A stretch of 29,841 bases of DNA from Candidatus Caldarchaeum sp. (GTDB lineage: Archaea; Thermoproteota; Nitrososphaeria_A; Caldarchaeales; Caldarchaeaceae): NCBI GenBank assembly GCA_038844785.1, contig JAWBRA010000020.1:1-29841 (forward strand). Direction: 5' to 3'. Below, piece after piece: positions 28,290 to 29,841 of this stretch. Each line of letters begins with the position of its first letter. The stretch's first letter is position 1. The translations under genes were made by a program, and so were the position numbers. The notes beneath the pieces are model-generated. The model made no database searches. It was not told the origin of the DNA and worked only from the letters and a program-made list of their open reading frames with translations.

Positions 28290-28433
28290 ATGGCGAGGAA
28301 GAAAAAAGCTAAAACAGCTAAAAAGAAGACGGTCAAAAAGCGAAAGGCTGGAAAACCCAAGAAAACAGCAGCTCCGACTGCGCCGGCAGAGGCTGCACCA
28401 GCTCAGGAGGCTGGAGCCCAGCCCACAGCGTAG
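28290..28433 (+). CDS. 47-aa Lys/Ala/Pro-rich basic peptide (histone H1 tail-like); absent from the ORF track
   Basis: MARKKKAKTAKKKTVKKRKAGKPKKTAAPTAPAEAAPAQEAGAQPTA, with clean ATG and TAG, upstream TATA and GGAG. Confidence 0.75.
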   Translation: MARKKKAKTAKKKTVKKRKAGKPKKTAAPTAPAEAAPAQEAGAQPTA

Positions 28434-28509
28434 GCTCGAAGCCTTGCTGAGGTTTTCAACCCTCTCAGCTAATGCGGAGTAGCAAGTGATTGGACTGGGT
28501 GACAAAAAA

Positions 28510-29094
28510 TCAAGCAGTATGTGTGAGCCCCTCATGTTTAATCATTCGTTTGACCTGTTTCACGCTGGCTGGCGGTATTATTCCAAACTCTCCGACGAAC
28601 TCTTCAGGGTTAAGCTGTGTGAAGCTTACTCCGGCTTCAACAAAAGCCCTCTCAAGCTTTTCAAAATCCTTCCAGTGGACTGATGTTACGAGCTTTATCC
28701 TCATGTCGCTGTATCTCAGGAAAACGGTGACGGGAACATGTGCTTCGAACCAGAGGGGTATGTGAAGTATCGAGAAACCATTGTGTATCTCCGGCTCACT
28801 CGACCATCTTACTCCAACAATCTGCCACCATGGTGTGAACAGGTCTCCGCAGCCCAGCCTGTTGTACCAAACCCTGATTCTCTCACGCCTCAAAACTCTG
28901 ATAACCTCTGGGACCGGGAGACAGGCTAGGGAGGCGGCTACCGGCATGAAAAGCCACGGGTCTAATTCGTAGCTGTTGAGCGCGTGCGCCGTGAAACCCG
29001 CAGCCAGCGCGACTATGATTATCTCGGCCATCAGGTACATCGTTCTGTTGGGTAAGGGTCCTCTGACGCTGGTTCTTAGAAAACCCTTGTCCAC
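28510..29094 (-). CDS. Two-TM hypothetical protein with a soluble C-terminal domain
   Basis: Two hydrophobic helices. Probable GTG start at 29094, one base after the upstream stop. Confidence 0.65.
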   Translation of the reverse strand: MDKGFLRTSVRGPLPNRTMYLMAEIIIVALAAGFTAHALNSYELDPWLFMPVAASLACLPVPEVIRVLRRERIRVWYNRLGCGDLFTPWWQIVGVRWSSEPEIHNGFSILHIPLWFEAHVPVTVFLRYSDMRIKLVTSVHWKDFEKLERAFVEAGVSFTQLNPEEFVGEFGIIPPASVKQVKRMIKHEGLTHTA

Positions 29095-29095
29095 C

Positions 29096-29841
29096 TCATC
29101 TGACGACCGTCTCAGGAGCATCAACTATCACCTCGTGTCTTTCGTAGAACAGGCCCGGGGATAGAAGCCTATCGTTACCCATCAACACCCTGTCTGCCAT
29201 TGTCAGGACCACTATCCAAGTTCTTTCACCCCCTGCTGAAGCTATCCTGAAACGGTTACCGCCAACCCATCTAATGGTTATGATAGCGTCGTCGTAGTCC
29301 ATGCCCCCCTCCTCGGAGCCGTATGGACATTTAGCCGTGTCCTCGAGCATGACCACCGACTCGTTTGCCCTGTTGTAGGTCAGTCTATCGCCTTTGTCGT
29401 ATTCCACGACCTCCCTCCTCAGGTAGGCGGGGTCGAATGACCATGTGATGTTCCACACGATGTATTGCATGGTGTAGCTCTTCTTGCAGCCATGCTTGTT
29501 CTCCGTGGCGGTTACTATGAAGACGAGGGGAGGCGGGGGATACGCCTTGGTTGTGTTGATGTGCCAGATGAAGCCCACTATGTTGGCTGTGATGGTTGCC
29601 TTAAGCACGACTGCTTCGTCGAAAGTTTCGAGACGCATCACCTTCATGTAGTCAATCCTGTAGTCAGGGTCCACGTAGAAGAGGTATAGGTGCGGGATTA
29701 ACGCGAAGAACGTGGGGTTGGGCGGCGGGGGAAGGCCTGTCAGCTCCTCGAACGCTTTTTCAAGCCCGCGGTCGGCGACGTTCTTCAGGAACCTCTTGTA
29801 GTGCGCGGAGTCTATTATCTCCGGCACCTTCCTCGACACCG
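29096..29841 (-). CDS. Hypothetical protein, 5' end outside the window, with a DUF4114-like acidic motif
   Basis: Open to the window edge. MLEDT...GGMDYDDAII resembles the ED...D.D.ND motif of extracellular Ca-binding-type domains. Confidence 0.65.
   Translation of the reverse strand, partial: VSRKVPEIIDSAHYKRFLKNVADRGLEKAFEELTGLPPPPNPTFFALIPHLYLFYVDPDYRIDYMKVMRLETFDEAVVLKATITANIVGFIWHINTTKAYPPPPLVFIVTATENKHGCKKSYTMQYIVWNITWSFDPAYLRREVVEYDKGDRLTYNRANESVVMLEDTAKCPYGSEEGGMDYDDAIITIRWVGGNRFRIASAGGERTWIVVLTMADRVLMGNDRLLSPGLFYERHEVIVDAPETVVR

Noticed and set aside
28266-28535. 89-aa minus-strand ORF
   Set aside because: Antisense shadow of the Lys-rich peptide gene, with Phe/Leu/Ser runs mirroring its AAA/AAG codons

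Overview
Compact archaeal chromosomal window. By inference it comes from a thermophilic Nitrososphaerota/Aigarchaeota (Caldarchaeales-like) genome: it encodes a class V FBP aldolase/phosphatase, DGGGP synthase, a thaumarchaeal-type long HisG, a non-catalytic tRNA-splicing endonuclease subunit and an archaeal SRP RNA. Other housekeeping genes are a PRTase, gdhA, a FlaK-type peptidase, a SpoIIM-family protein, DUF72, a MoxR/DUF58 membrane operon, a cyclase, an F420-dependent LLM oxidoreductase, a tandem-SIS protein, hisB and tRNA-Leu(CAG) with a D-loop intron. Two decaying accessory patches (about 5.4-10.3 kb and 25.8-28.2 kb) interrupt these blocks. Reading across frames shows several things the ORF track misses. 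(1) A coupled two-gene module of a DnaQ/RNase H-like exonuclease and a Cas4-like Fe-S PD-(D/E)xK nuclease, with no CRISPR array in the window, broken by four single-base indels. An inverted second copy of the exonuclease lies 21 kb away. (2) A 58-aa short-alpha3 (face-to-face-like) histone. (3) A 47-aa Lys/Ala/Pro-rich, histone-H1-like peptide with its own TATA box. (4) A very GC-rich, multi-hairpin segment at the left edge that looks like a structured RNA. All calls come from motif recognition by eye; no searches were run.
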